From Histomonas meleagridis 2922-C6/04-290x (lineage: Eukaryota > Protista > Parabasalia), in NCBI GenBank assembly GCA_020184695.1, contig JAANOX010000017.1, positions 434,001-498,000 on the forward strand: a stretch of DNA of 64,000 bases, written 5' to 3'. Positions 46,142-57,985 of this stretch are shown in pieces (positions within the stretch are counted from its first letter, which is position 1; each line of letters begins with the position of its first letter). Made by a program: the position numbers and the translations under genes. The notes under the pieces are model-generated. The model made no database searches. It saw only the letters and a list, made by a program, of their open reading frames with translations, and was not told the DNA's origin.

Positions 46142-46567
46142 CTGAAATTTCAGAAAACCAAAACAAAAACGACCGTTAAACAATATTTTTCATGAAGATT
46201 AAATCCATAAAATTGGATTATGTGTATAAAATTCAAAAATTTTATTAAAAACTCAAATAACAATATATACTAAAGATATACTTAAAAAATATTTTTTAGA
46301 ATTTTAGAAATATTGTAGCATGAATTTAAATAATTTTGAACATTTGTCTTCACATAAATATTTCTCTTTGTTAAGTAAACAATATGCAAAGGTAAATACA
46401 TGTTATAAATGAATGTATAATATCGAATGCACTAAGAGTAAAAACCCTCACAAGACTTTTTTTTGGCCGAAGATAAAAAGTGACATCACTTTTTCTTTCG
46501 AAAATTGATTTGAAAGTACTAATGATCGGTTTTGCTTCAAAAATTTTTTGCAACAAATTTTATAGAA

Positions 46568-48978
46568 ATGATTGAACCCCAGCCACCGGACAGTGTTGGC
46601 GGTTCGAAATCACAGTCATCAACACAACAAGTATACCATAGGATTTATTATTGTCTGAAATCCCAGAGAACAACTTTTGAAACATTAAATCAAGTTGTAA
46701 ATCGACTTACTCCAGAAACAACCGATGACAAAAAGGCAATAGAAATGTTTAAATCTTCACTTTCTCAAATATTAGACTCTTCTTATGGTCTTTTATTTCA
46801 GTTATCATATAATTTTGCAGCATCAGTCAATACTCTTCTTACAGAAAAACTAACGCCAAGCATCGAAAAAGTTGGATACCAAATCCTCTCTGCTTGCTTA
46901 TCTATAAATCGACTTATTCCTTTGCTCTCTCGCTCGAATTTTTCAGGTTCATTTTCAGATGATGATCATCAATTCAATTTTTCAGCTTCAGGCTCACCTA
47001 TCTCACCTCCTTCTTTTTCAGATCCAAGTGTTCCAACAGCCAATTCCCAATCGTCAGATTCTGATACTGTCATATGTCGAATATGTGAGAAAAAAATACC
47101 ACTTAGCATGATTGAAGAACATTCTAAGATGTGTGAAGTTGCATATTTATCAAGTCAGACCATGATGACCACTGATGAGAAAATGAAAAAGTTACAAATT
47201 CGAACCCAAGAACATCTTCTCAAAATCCATTGGCCTGGTAACGAGCAAAATGTTATTGATACGGTCATTCCTATTCTTCATATTATAGCTCTTCTTGATA
47301 ATGCGATCAAAATTGATAACAATTCAAGTGGCTCCTTTGAAGAATTAGAGTCTATCAAAGACTCCTTTAACCTTGTCAATGTCCCTGTGTCAAGTCCAGA
47401 GCTTAGCATTATATATAGCGAAGCCTTAGTTTTACTCGATGAGAAAATTAAAGCATCAAACAAACTATCCGAAGCAATGGACTTTGTAGAGAAAACAACA
47501 TCAGAAAAACTATGCATTCGCGAAACTACAATAGCTGACTTCCAATTTCTTAAGCGAATTTCAAGCGGCGCATATGCACAAGTTTTCTTGGCAAAACGAA
47601 GTGCAACTAATGACTTAATCGCAGTGAAAGTTATATCTAAGAGTAGTATCCAACGAAAAAATGATAGACAACGAATCCTTCTCGAGAAGAATATTCTTGA
47701 GCAAGTAACTTGTCCATATATGACACAATTCTGTATGTTTTAATATGCGCATTTTTTTATTTCTTTTGTTGATATTTTCATAAAGCTTGATGCGGACGAT
47801 AGGAAATTCAATGATATACGATCGTTTTCACCAGAAAATAGTATCGTTGCATAGAATTTTTGTATCGTTTAGATAATGTCAAAAAAGAAATAAAAAAAGC
47901 GCTTTTAGATAGAAATAACTAACACATAGATTTTTCATATATCGGGAAAAATAACTATTACATTGTTATGGAATATTGTCCTGGAGGCGACTTATATTCA
48001 TTGCTACAAAATATTGGTTGTTGCCAAGATGAAAATGTTGCTAAGTTTTATACAGCTGAAGTTGTAGAAGCCTTAGAATTCCTTAGGGAGAGCAATGTAA
48101 TTCATAGGGATTTAAAACCAAACAATATTTTGGTAAGTGAAATTGGACATTTGAAATTGGCCGATTTCGGTTTAAGTGTTTGGGGGTTAGTTGATAGGCA
48201 ATGTGCCTTCGAAGAATCACCTGAACGGATTATGGGCACGCCTGATTACATTGCGCCAGAAATTATCCTCCAGCAGTCGCACACGTTTACTGCCGATTAC
48301 TGGTCGCTCGGTTGTATACTTTTTGAGATGTTAACTGGGGCACCCCCGTTTCACAGAGAAACCGTTGCGGATACGTTTACGCAAATTCTAAAAGGCGAAT
48401 ATGACGTTTCTGAATTAAACGATAACTCAGATGAAGCAAAGGATTTAATAGCTAAGCTGTTAAATAAAGACCCTGCAGAAAGATTGGGGGCATCGTCAAT
48501 TAGGGAGATTAAGAATCATCCTTGGTTCGCAAGTATTGATTGGGATAATCTGCAAGAACAAGAACCACCTTTTGTCCCAAGTTTAGAATCCGAGTTAGAT
48601 ACATCGTTCTTCGAAGAAAAAGAGCCCCCTGAACAAGATTTTAGTACTGATATAGAAGAAGACATAAAATATGCATCAAATTCCAAAGCACAAAAAAGAG
48701 CACTTTCATTTTTCGAGGACTTAAGTGACCAGTACTCGATGAAAGGAAGTGTTGACGAAGAAGATGATTTATTAGGATTTCCATCTGCATCTCCAGAAGC
48801 ATTATCGAGAGTTACAAGGAGAGCAGCGAAGAAAAAGAGATCGTCAAGTATGATACTTGATGATAAGCTTCCCGAGCCAGCGCCATTACATGAAAGTTAT
48901 CTTCTCATGGAATCTCACAGTTTTTCAGCTGCAACTGTGCAAACAGGACGGCCTAAGTCTAGAAAGAGACCACAGTAA
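46568..48978 (+). CDS. AGC kinase, MAST/IRE/Rim15-like, two exons (46568-47732, 47930-48978)
   Basis: C2H2 finger CRICEKKIPLSMIEEHSKMC; ISSGAYAQV, HRDLKPNNIL, DFG, GTPDYIAPE; splicing gives TQFYFSYIGKNNYYIVMEY in frame. Confidence 0.95.
47733..47929 (+). other. Canonical parabasalid-type spliceosomal intron, 197 nt
   Basis: 5' GTATGT, 3' fused branch point/acceptor ACTAACACATAG; removal restores the kinase frame (T|AT = Tyr). Confidence 0.95.
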
Positions 48979-49200
48979 CGAGTTACAAAACATTTGTTTA
49001 GACTAAATTATTTTGTAATGTGGGATTTTTGTTTACATTATTTGTAGCTTGATGCTAAGTTCACACTATTTTCATTCTTAACATTTAAAATCTTCAGCTT
49101 TTACAAACAATTTGCATCGTGCAAAAGTAACTGCATTGAATCAATGTTGTCACTTTTGGATTTTTTTCGATTTAATATGACGGTTGGCCGTTAATTAAAT

Positions 49201-50719
49201 ATGGAATCTGGCGCACCAAAAAATGACTCATTGAAAATACTAAAATTTATTCAACAAGCAATCTATAATTTAAATGATAAAAATATTTCTCAAACAGTTC
49301 AATCATTAATCAATTTTTTAGACAATGATGAAATATACTCTTTTAATCTTCTGATTAGTCAGATCATTTTTTGTTTATTTAAACATATGCAAGCAAAAAT
49401 GGAACATATGGAAACATATTTAAATTTCATAAAAGAGATTGAAAAATTCGAAGAAAACTATCAAAGCAAATACAAAATCATCGATGTTTTTACAAATTTT
49501 CTGATCAATGAACATAAGCAAGAATCAAATTATCTTCTTGAATATATGGCTGAAAATAATTTCATTAATCCAAAAGTTGTGTTAAATACAAAGAGTTCAT
49601 ATTTTGTACATTACATGTCAAAAAATGAAATTAAAAGTTTAACGAACGACCCATTCATGTACCAAATTATTAACAATTATGAAGAACTTTCTAAGAATGA
49701 TTGGGAACTTCATAAGAAATTAATTAAAGAAGGACATAATACAAATGAAATAGCAAAAATAATTCGAAATGATGAAATAGAAAAACTTCAAGAAATATCA
49801 TCTCAAAATGATTTTAATTTTAATCAAACAATTAAGTCATCACTCTATGAAAGAAATTCATTTGTGAATTTTGATTGTTCACTTATTGATTATGCAGCAT
49901 TTTTTGGATCAATCAAATGTTTTAAATATTTAATGTTAAATAATGCTAATATAAAAAATACACTTGAATATGCAGTGGCAAGTGGAAACCTTGAAATCAT
50001 TCATTTATGTGTACAAAATAATTCATCAAAATTATATTTATATCAAACAGCTATTGAATTTCATCGAAATGATATCTTTAAATATCTTTATGAAAATAAA
50101 ATTTGTAAGATTAAAAATCTGAGTAATTTAGGGAAGAAATGTGTTCTTTATCATAACTATGATATCTTTGCTTTGTTAGAAAAAGAAGGAATGAAAATAA
50201 ATAAAGATATTATAAATGAATCAGCAAAAATAGGAAATATATTTCTACTTAAATATTTACTGCAAAATCATCCAATTCCAAATGATATTTTAGTTACTGC
50301 TTCCGAATCAGGAAACATTGAACTTGTTAAATATATCTTAGACAGAAATGAAATTAATATTAATAATAAAAATATTTGTTTCCATTAGTTGATGTTTTTT
50401 GAAATATAAAATAATTTTAAAATAACATTTGGTAATTATTTATATTATTTGATACAGCACTTATTTCTGCATCTTCTTTTGGTTATACAGATATTGTTAA
50501 ATTACTTCTTAAACAAGAAGAGATTGATATCAATACTAAAAATATTTGTTTGTTTTATTTAAAGCATATTTTCCTGATTTTATATTTTAAAATAATAATC
50601 GAAAATTATTTAAATTATTTGAAACAGCACTTATATTGGCTACTCGAAATGGTCATACAGAAATAACTAAATTACTTCTTGAACAAGAAGGAATTGATAT
50701 CAATACTAAAGATATTTAA
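49201..50719 (+). CDS. DUF3447-ankyrin gene C with two 17-nt-interrupted loops
   Basis: Track ORF 49201-50388; two 77-nt clusters (50374-50450, 50544-50620) decode to N-D-I-G-D-TAL and N-K-Y-E-E-TAL; ends ...GIDINTKDI* at 50719. Confidence 0.8.
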
Positions 50720-51043
50720 AAGCTTTAAATAATATAAAGAAATTTCATAAAATTTCAATAAAATACTAGGAAAAAGACATGAGGAAAATGGTCCATTATT
50801 ATTTAAGATATAAATTTTTTAATCATAAGATGTGCATAATTCTGTTAGAAATAACTATCTTATTTATGTATTCAATATCAAAAGATTGATATATGTATAG
50901 GATTCGATATCAACATATTTGCTGTAAATGTATTTGTCAAAACCGATAAGAATTTTGCGAAAGAGCACTTTTTATTGAGTGGCAAAACAGCAAATGTTGC
51001 TGTTTCAAATAATATAAAGAAAACAATGGCAATAATTAAGAGT

Positions 51044-51829
51044 TTAGTTACCGCCCATGATAAGGCCCATAAGCCTTTGCATTCTTGGATCACCCAAATA
51101 TGACATAATTGCAGCTGGATTTGCTTGTATCTTCTCATATAAATCCTGCATTTCAGGCTCTTGGAGAAGTGCTTGAACCTCTGGTGATTGAAGCTTTTGT
51201 CCTAATTGTGCAAACATTGGATTATTCATAAGACCCGAAAGGAAGTCCTGACCACCTTGTGGCTGTGGATTTGGTATTTCTGGGCCAAGCGATTCAAGGT
51301 TGTCTTTTAGATTCTGATTATTCGGACATGCGCGAAGTCCTCTTTTGTATGCTTCACGTGCTTTCTCAGTTTGGCCCATTGAATAATATGCATAGCCAAG
51401 TCGAGAATAAGCTGTTGCATAGTCTGGTGTTAATTGTATTGCTTTCTCACAATCAGTTATTGCTTTTTCATGCTGGTTTATCTTTGAATAAACAGCGGCA
51501 CGATTACAGTAATAGGCAGATTGCGTTGGGTCAACATCTATGGCTTCTGTATATTTAGATATGGCTTCTTGGAATTTTCCTGCTCTAAGTAAATCATTAC
51601 CTTCAAGTTTGAGAGCATTAGCCTTCTCAGTATCATACCCGCTATCAGGTACGAGATCAAGAATTGAAGAAACTCCTGGAATTGAAATTGATGAATTTTC
51701 TATTCCCCAAATGTTCTTCAAGCAATCAATTGCAACTTCTAATTCATCACGATGATCTTTATCTTCTTGACTACATGATTCAAGATATTGAAGAATCAAG
51801 CAACGCGCTGTTTTGTGCTTTCCGCTCAT
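51044..51829 (-). CDS. SGTA: SGT-like co-chaperone (dimerisation domain, 3 TPR, STI1/DP)
   Basis: LEVAIDCLKNIWGI; ANALKLEGNDLL...YYCNRAAVY...AYSRLGYAY; MNNPMFAQL tail. Confidence 0.88.
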   Translation of the reverse strand: MSGKHKTARCLILQYLESCSQEDKDHRDELEVAIDCLKNIWGIENSSISIPGVSSILDLVPDSGYDTEKANALKLEGNDLLRAGKFQEAISKYTEAIDVDPTQSAYYCNRAAVYSKINQHEKAITDCEKAIQLTPDYATAYSRLGYAYYSMGQTEKAREAYKRGLRACPNNQNLKDNLESLGPEIPNPQPQGGQDFLSGLMNNPMFAQLGQKLQSPEVQALLQEPEMQDLYEKIQANPAAIMSYLGDPRMQRLMGLIMGGN

Positions 51830-51907
51830 TTTCTTAAATAGCCGGCCAATTTTTGTATCGTCTGTTGCGATCGTAATGCCTTTTTAAATAGTTTATAAAA
51901 AAGCCTT

Positions 51908-54900
51908 TTGCAATTTTCAGATAAATCACTTAAAAAGTTATTGAACAATTGCATTTTAACTGATCTAAATTCATTGGAAGGAAAAAATCAAACTGCTTAT
52001 CTCCAAAAATTGATTTCTCTAGAACATGTTGTATTTAACTCAATCGAAAATAACTTTGATTTTATTGTTGCAGAAACGATGAATTTATTTGATGAAAGTT
52101 ATCCTTATACATTTAATTGTATATTAGTTATTTTAGTTTATTCTGCATTCGTATCACACAGAGAGTCATTTGAAATGTATTTAAATTATTTACAAACAAT
52201 CCAAGCAAAAGAAGATAAAATTATTAAAAACAATTCAAAAATTATTGAAATTTTTATTAATTATGTAAAAGAATTTAATACACAAGAATCATATTACATT
52301 ATTGAAAAAATGATTGAAAAAGACTTTGTTAATTCAAACATCACTCGAGGAATTAATTCTAAATTCTTTGTTCATTATAAAACAGAAAAAGAAAACAAAA
52401 AAATTAAATCAAAAAGTTTAATGGATGAAAAATTTGATAAAAATTATTTAAAACTTTCAAAGAATGATTGGGAACTTCATAAGAAATATGTTAAAGAAGG
52501 AGCTAATCCAAATGAAATTGCGAAAATGATTCGAAATGATGAAATAGAAAATTTTCAAGAAATATCATCACAAAATGATTTTGATTTTAATCAAACAATT
52601 GAACCATCACTTTATGAAAGATGTTCATTTATTAATCAAAGAAATGTTACATTAATTGATTATGCAGCATTTTTTGGTTCAGTTAAATGTTTTAAATATT
52701 TACTTATTAATAATGCAAATTTAACAAATACAGGTAAATATGCAATTGCAAGTGGAAATTTAGAGATAATTCATTTATGTGAACAGAATCATTCATCATT
52801 TGAAGATGTATATGAAACAACAGTTAAATTTCATCGGAATGAGATCTTCAAATATATTTATGAAAACAAAAGCGGAATTCATCAAACAACAACTTATTTA
52901 AATAAAAAACAAATTCCATATAAAAATCTTGAATATTATATAAATAATGCACAAAGCTTATCTGATGTAAAGTTACAAGAATTAATATATTATTGTATTA
53001 ACAATGGAAATTATGAAATTTTTTCTATTTTAGAAGAAAAAATTAAATTTGATGAAAACATAATAAATGTAACAGCAAAAACTGGAAATTTATATCTTGT
53101 TAAACATTTTCTTCAAAAATATCATGTTCCAAAATATATTTTATTGTTTGCTACAGAAGCAGGAAATATTGAACTTGTTCAATATATTCTTGAACAAGAA
53201 GGAGTCGACATTAATATTAAAGATATTTGTTTTTTTGTTATAAAACTTGTTTTCTTATTATGATATTTGATAATAACATTTGGAATTTATTTATGATATT
53301 TAGAACACCTTTAATGATAGCATCTTCAAGAGGTTATGTAAACATTACTAAATTTCTTCTAGAACAAAAAGAAATTAACTTTAAAGTCAGGGATATTTCT
53401 TTACAATTCTTAAAATTTGTTGTGATAATAATGTAATTTTTTGGAATATTTGGAATTTTTTTTAGATATATTTGATTCAGCACTCTTATATGCAGCACAT
53501 TATGGTTATGTTGAAATATTTAAATTACTTTTTAATAAAGAAGAAAATAATCTTACTAAAAAAGTTATTTTTGATTGTTTTATGTATGCTTTAATATGTT
53601 AATGTTTTAAATATATATTTGCTATCTGTTGAAAATATTTCAAACATCATTTTTTTATGCAACTTCAAATGGTCATTTAGAATTAGTTAAATTACTCCTT
53701 GCTCTAAAAGATATCGATGTTAACATGAAAAATATTTATATGTTTTATACATTATTTATTTTAATAATTTGCTATATCAAAATAATATTTAAAAATTATT
53801 CAAATTAATTCAAACACTTCTTATGAAAGCATCTGAAAATGGTCATACAGAAATAGTTAAATTGTTTCTTGAACAAGAAGGAATTAGTGTTAATGATAAA
53901 GATATTTGTTTGTTATATTTTGTATTTATTTTAATGATTTGATATTTTAAAATAATATTTGGAAATTATTTATATATATTCAAACGGCGCTGATGTTTGC
54001 ATCTCAAAATGGTCATGCAGAAGTAGTTAAAGTACTTCTTGCACAGGATGGAATTGATATTAATGAGAAATCTGTTTATTTGTTAAATTTAATATCAATT
54101 TATATAGTTTAAAATTTCATAAGATTATTTGGAAATTATTTATATATATTCAAACGGCGCTTATGTTTGCATCTCAAAATGGTCATGCAGAAGTATTTAA
54201 ATTACTTCTTGCACAAAAAGGAGTTGATATCAATGTTAAAGAATTTTATATGTTTTATTTAAAATTTATTTTAAAAATTTTGGAATATTTTAAAACAATA
54301 TTTGGAACATCACTTATTTATGCAACCAAAAATGGAAATTTAGAAATAGTTAAATTACTTCTTGAAAAAGAAGGAATTGATATTAATGCTAAAGATATTT
54401 ATTTGTTTTATTTAATATTTATTTTAATAATTTTATATTTCAATATAATATTTGGAAATTATTTAAATTATTTGAAACAGCACTTATGTATGCATCTCAA
54501 AATGGCTATATACAAATAGTTAAATTACTTCTTGAACAAGAAGGAATTGATATTAATGATAAAGATATTTGTTTATTTTATTTGAAATTTATTTTAAATA
54601 ATTTCGTATTTCAAAAAAATATATGGAAATTATTTTAAATATTTAAAACAGCACTTATGTTTGCATCTGAAAAAGGTCATACAGAAATAGTTCAATTACT
54701 TCTTGAACAAGAATCAATTGATATTAATGCGAAGTGTATTTATTTGTTTTGCTTAAAATTTATTTTTGTGATTTTGGAATATTTTAAAACAATATTTGGA
54801 AATTATTTTAATTATTTGGAACAGCACTTATTTATGCATCTAAAAATGGTCATTCAGAAATAGTTAAATTACTTCTTGAACAAGAATCAATTGATATTAA

Positions 54901-55560
54901 TGCTAAAGATATTTGTTTATTTGATTTATAAAATTGCTTATCTGGGCATCTAAAAACAATTATACAGAAATAGTTAGGTTACTTCTTAAACATAAAGGAA
55001 TTGATGTTAATGCTAAAGATATTTATTTGTTTTATTTGAAATTTATTTTAATAATTTATTATTTCAAAATAATAATTGGAAATTATTTAGAATATTTCGA
55101 ACAGCACTTATTAAAGCATCTAGAGATGGTCATATAGAAATAGTTAAATTACTTCTTGAACAAGAAGGAATTGATATTAATGCTAAAGATATTTATTTGT
55201 TTTGCTTTATGAATGTTTTAATAATTCTTGATTTCAAAATAATATTTGGAAATTATTTAAATTATTTGGAACAGCACTTATTTATGCATCTAAAAATGGT
55301 AATACAGAAATAGTTAAATTACTTCTTGAACAAGAAGGAATTGATATTAATGCTAAAGATATTTATTTGTTTTATTAAATATTTATTTTAATAATTTATT
55401 ATTTCAATATAATATTTGGAAATTATTTAAATTATTTTGGACAGCACTTATGTGGGCATCTAGATATGGTCATAAAGAAATAGTTAAATTACTTCGTGAA
55501 CAAGAAAGAATTATGAAAAAGAAATTCAAAAATGAATATGAATATTCTACAGATAAGTAA
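51908..55560 (+). CDS. DUF3447-ankyrin gene D with 14 interrupted loops; start uncertain
   Basis: Track ORF 51908-53263 (TTG start). Removing 52 spacers (50 of 17 nt, one 18, one 19) gives an open frame through 14 ankyrin repeats to TAA 55558-55560. Confidence 0.85.
53225..55437 (+). other. Clusters of 17-nt non-GT-AG intervening sequences flanking single-codon micro-exons (gene D)
   Basis: 170-nt periodicity = 93 coding + 77 (4x17 + 3x3); decoded loops match the ankyrin D-x-x-G-x-T consensus. Confidence 0.9.
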
Positions 55561-55827
55561 TTTAGTAAAGTTTCAATAGCTTGATTGAAATTTTCTTCAT
55601 TTAAATCAGAAATAAATTATTCAAGGTCTCGCAACATTTGAAGGTATTCTTGATATTTATTTTTTCTTGTATGATTTTGACTTCCTCCCATCAATTAATG
55701 AAGATTGAAAAAGTGAAATGAGTTACCGTTTATCTCCGAATTTTTATCTTTTTAGACACTTCTCACTCGATTAACTTTTTTGCATTCATTTGGATTAACG
55801 GTCATCATTTGGGGTATACCCACAAAA

Positions 55828-57039
55828 ATGGAAAAGATCAGGTGCCATGTTTTCGAATATTTCCTTGCATTTAGTTTCGTATTATTGTATCTATCTTTTT
55901 TTCAATCTTATCACAAGTATAATTCTGACGAACATTTTGAAGCATCAATTCAAAGATCAACAATTTTTGGAAAAATCTATCAATTTAACAGAAAACTAAT
56001 AATATACCTCATCAAGTTAAAGCGGACACTACTATTTCAGAATAAAAATGTCATTATAATTAATAATAACGAAATTAATTTACAAAATAAGCAACATAAC
56101 TTATCGGAAACTAATCACTCTAGTCAATCCAAGGCCCCTACTCCTGATTCTAAAATACATACAATGCAAACACCAACACCTCCTCCAAATGATCCAACAT
56201 TATCACCAACGCCCACACTAGAAGTCCCCAAAATCACAAGCACCTCGTCCCCTTCGCTTACACATACAAATACACCTTCACACATTATCACACATTCCAA
56301 AACTCAACAAAATCATATCACTTCACATTTTTCATCCAGTACAATTTCTGTATCTCATACACCAGAGCCAAATAGTTACACACCACAGCCGGAACCAACA
56401 ATTGTTGCTCAGCCAACTGTTACAGATGATGCTGAACCTATTATTCGCAAAGATGTTGAAATGCATCTCTCGTCTATTTCATCTAAACTTTCATCCCATG
56501 TTACTGAGACCTTCGAAATCATTTCGAACATACGTAATAATGTTGACAATTTGTTCACACTTCATGAGTCGGAAGTCGAATTTTATTTATCACAAATTGA
56601 TGATGAAGAAGGTTCACATACACATAAGCCAACACTTTCTTTGCTTCCGAGCAAATTCTTTGATCAGTTCGAAGGCGTTTCTCTTCCAAAAGGAGATAAC
56701 AATCTTTGGGAAGCTGCTGGAACGAGTGCGGAGTTTAAGTTTAAAGTTTTGAGGAAATCTGTTTTCAGCAAAATATCATTTGGTTACGTAAGTGATGAAA
56801 CATGCGTAATGAGGAAATTTTATGTTAAAATGAGACTGAAAGAGGAAGAAATTGCATCGAATATATTCACGCTGAAAACAATGAGCGCTGTAAGACAGAA
56901 TTTTACATTAGCATTTCCAGTGCAATTCGATGATTTCGATATTGTTGCTGTGGATAATTATGGAAACCAGTCGTACATATGTTTACCAGATTTTAAAGTA
57001 TACCAAAGAGTTGGATTTCTTTCAGCAAACAATGATTAA
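55828..57039 (+). CDS. Membrane protein with Pro/Thr/Ser/His-rich linker and C-terminal SUN-like domain
   Basis: N-terminal TM (YFLAFSFVLLYLSFF), coiled coil, and DNYGNQSYICLPDFKVY resembling the SUN-domain NxG..YTCxYRFRV end; first ATG 55828. Confidence 0.7.
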   Translation: MEKIRCHVFEYFLAFSFVLLYLSFFQSYHKYNSDEHFEASIQRSTIFGKIYQFNRKLIIYLIKLKRTLLFQNKNVIIINNNEINLQNKQHNLSETNHSSQSKAPTPDSKIHTMQTPTPPPNDPTLSPTPTLEVPKITSTSSPSLTHTNTPSHIITHSKTQQNHITSHFSSSTISVSHTPEPNSYTPQPEPTIVAQPTVTDDAEPIIRKDVEMHLSSISSKLSSHVTETFEIISNIRNNVDNLFTLHESEVEFYLSQIDDEEGSHTHKPTLSLLPSKFFDQFEGVSLPKGDNNLWEAAGTSAEFKFKVLRKSVFSKISFGYVSDETCVMRKFYVKMRLKEEEIASNIFTLKTMSAVRQNFTLAFPVQFDDFDIVAVDNYGNQSYICLPDFKVYQRVGFLSANND

Positions 57040-57518
57040 ATTGAAACCAAAAAGAATAACGATAGAACGATACGCATTGAAAAGTGGTTTCAATAGGATT
57101 TTATCGTTTCATTTGATTCATGATCTGATACAACTCTGAACAATGCAAAGAAAATAACAATGTCCAAAGCTGATGTTGCCCCTTTGTGTTAATAAATTTA
57201 TGTAATAGAAAGAAAATTATTTCAAACTATTTTAATTTTGATTGTGAATCACAAAAAGAATTAAAACACACAATTTTATTCATTATCATAAAAAAATTTT
57301 TATCTTACAAATGCTTGAATGGCGTTATGAAAAGTAAGAAAATAGAAAACAAAAAATATTTTTAATACAAAAAATGATAATATCATCATTTGCTAAGAAT
57401 TTATATTGTATTTCTAAACTTGGCGCTTGTAGTTGGTAGGTTAATATTCTTAAAGATTGAAATCATGAAACTGATTTAAACATTTTAACATCATTGAACT
57501 GTTATCCATATTTTTAGG

Positions 57519-57860
57519 TTAGCCCACCAAAGGCTTGTTTGACTTGTTTGTTTTTCTCAATCTTTTTTGAAGGTTGTTTTGCTCATGTTTCATTATTTCA
57601 GCCATTTCTTTGATTTTTTGCAATTTAAGATCCTTTTCTGAAATGCATTGGCTACTTGTGTCTTTAGCTTTCATATCTTCTGTCTGAATAATATACATTC
57701 CTTTTGGAAATACGAAGATTTTTGCACGAGTTGAATTTTCAAGTTTCTTATTTACATATATTTTAAATTGTTCTTTCCTTTGATTACACTGTGCTTCAAG
57801 GTCCCTTATAAACTTATTTTTATGGATATGTTCTATTTGAGATTTCTTTGTTGAATTCAT
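57519..57860 (-). CDS. Hypothetical basic protein
   Basis: 113-aa ORF, no family recognised. Confidence 0.55.
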   Translation of the reverse strand: MNSTKKSQIEHIHKNKFIRDLEAQCNQRKEQFKIYVNKKLENSTRAKIFVFPKGMYIIQTEDMKAKDTSSQCISEKDLKLQKIKEMAEIMKHEQNNLQKRLRKTNKSNKPLVG

Positions 57861-57985
57861 TATGTTTACTGTACGTTAAGAGCATATACCATTTTTTGAG
57901 CGAAAAATGATCGATTTGACATTCCATTTAACATCACAAGTCATATTAATTAGACCAAACAAAGTCTGTCAATTCGACCTTTTCG

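Noticed and set aside
54397-54473. One conventional 68-nt GT-AG intron per ankyrin repeat
   Set aside because: No GT donor; the CAG in acagca is part of Thr-Ala codons and is absent in repeats reading TPL, TSF, TLL, KAF or AAL. A single excision does not recover the D-x-x-G-x consensus; four 17-nt excisions do.
53225-55437. U-deletion RNA editing
   Set aside because: Removing only T residues leaves many A, G and C bases and does not give ankyrin loops; whole 17-nt blocks must go.
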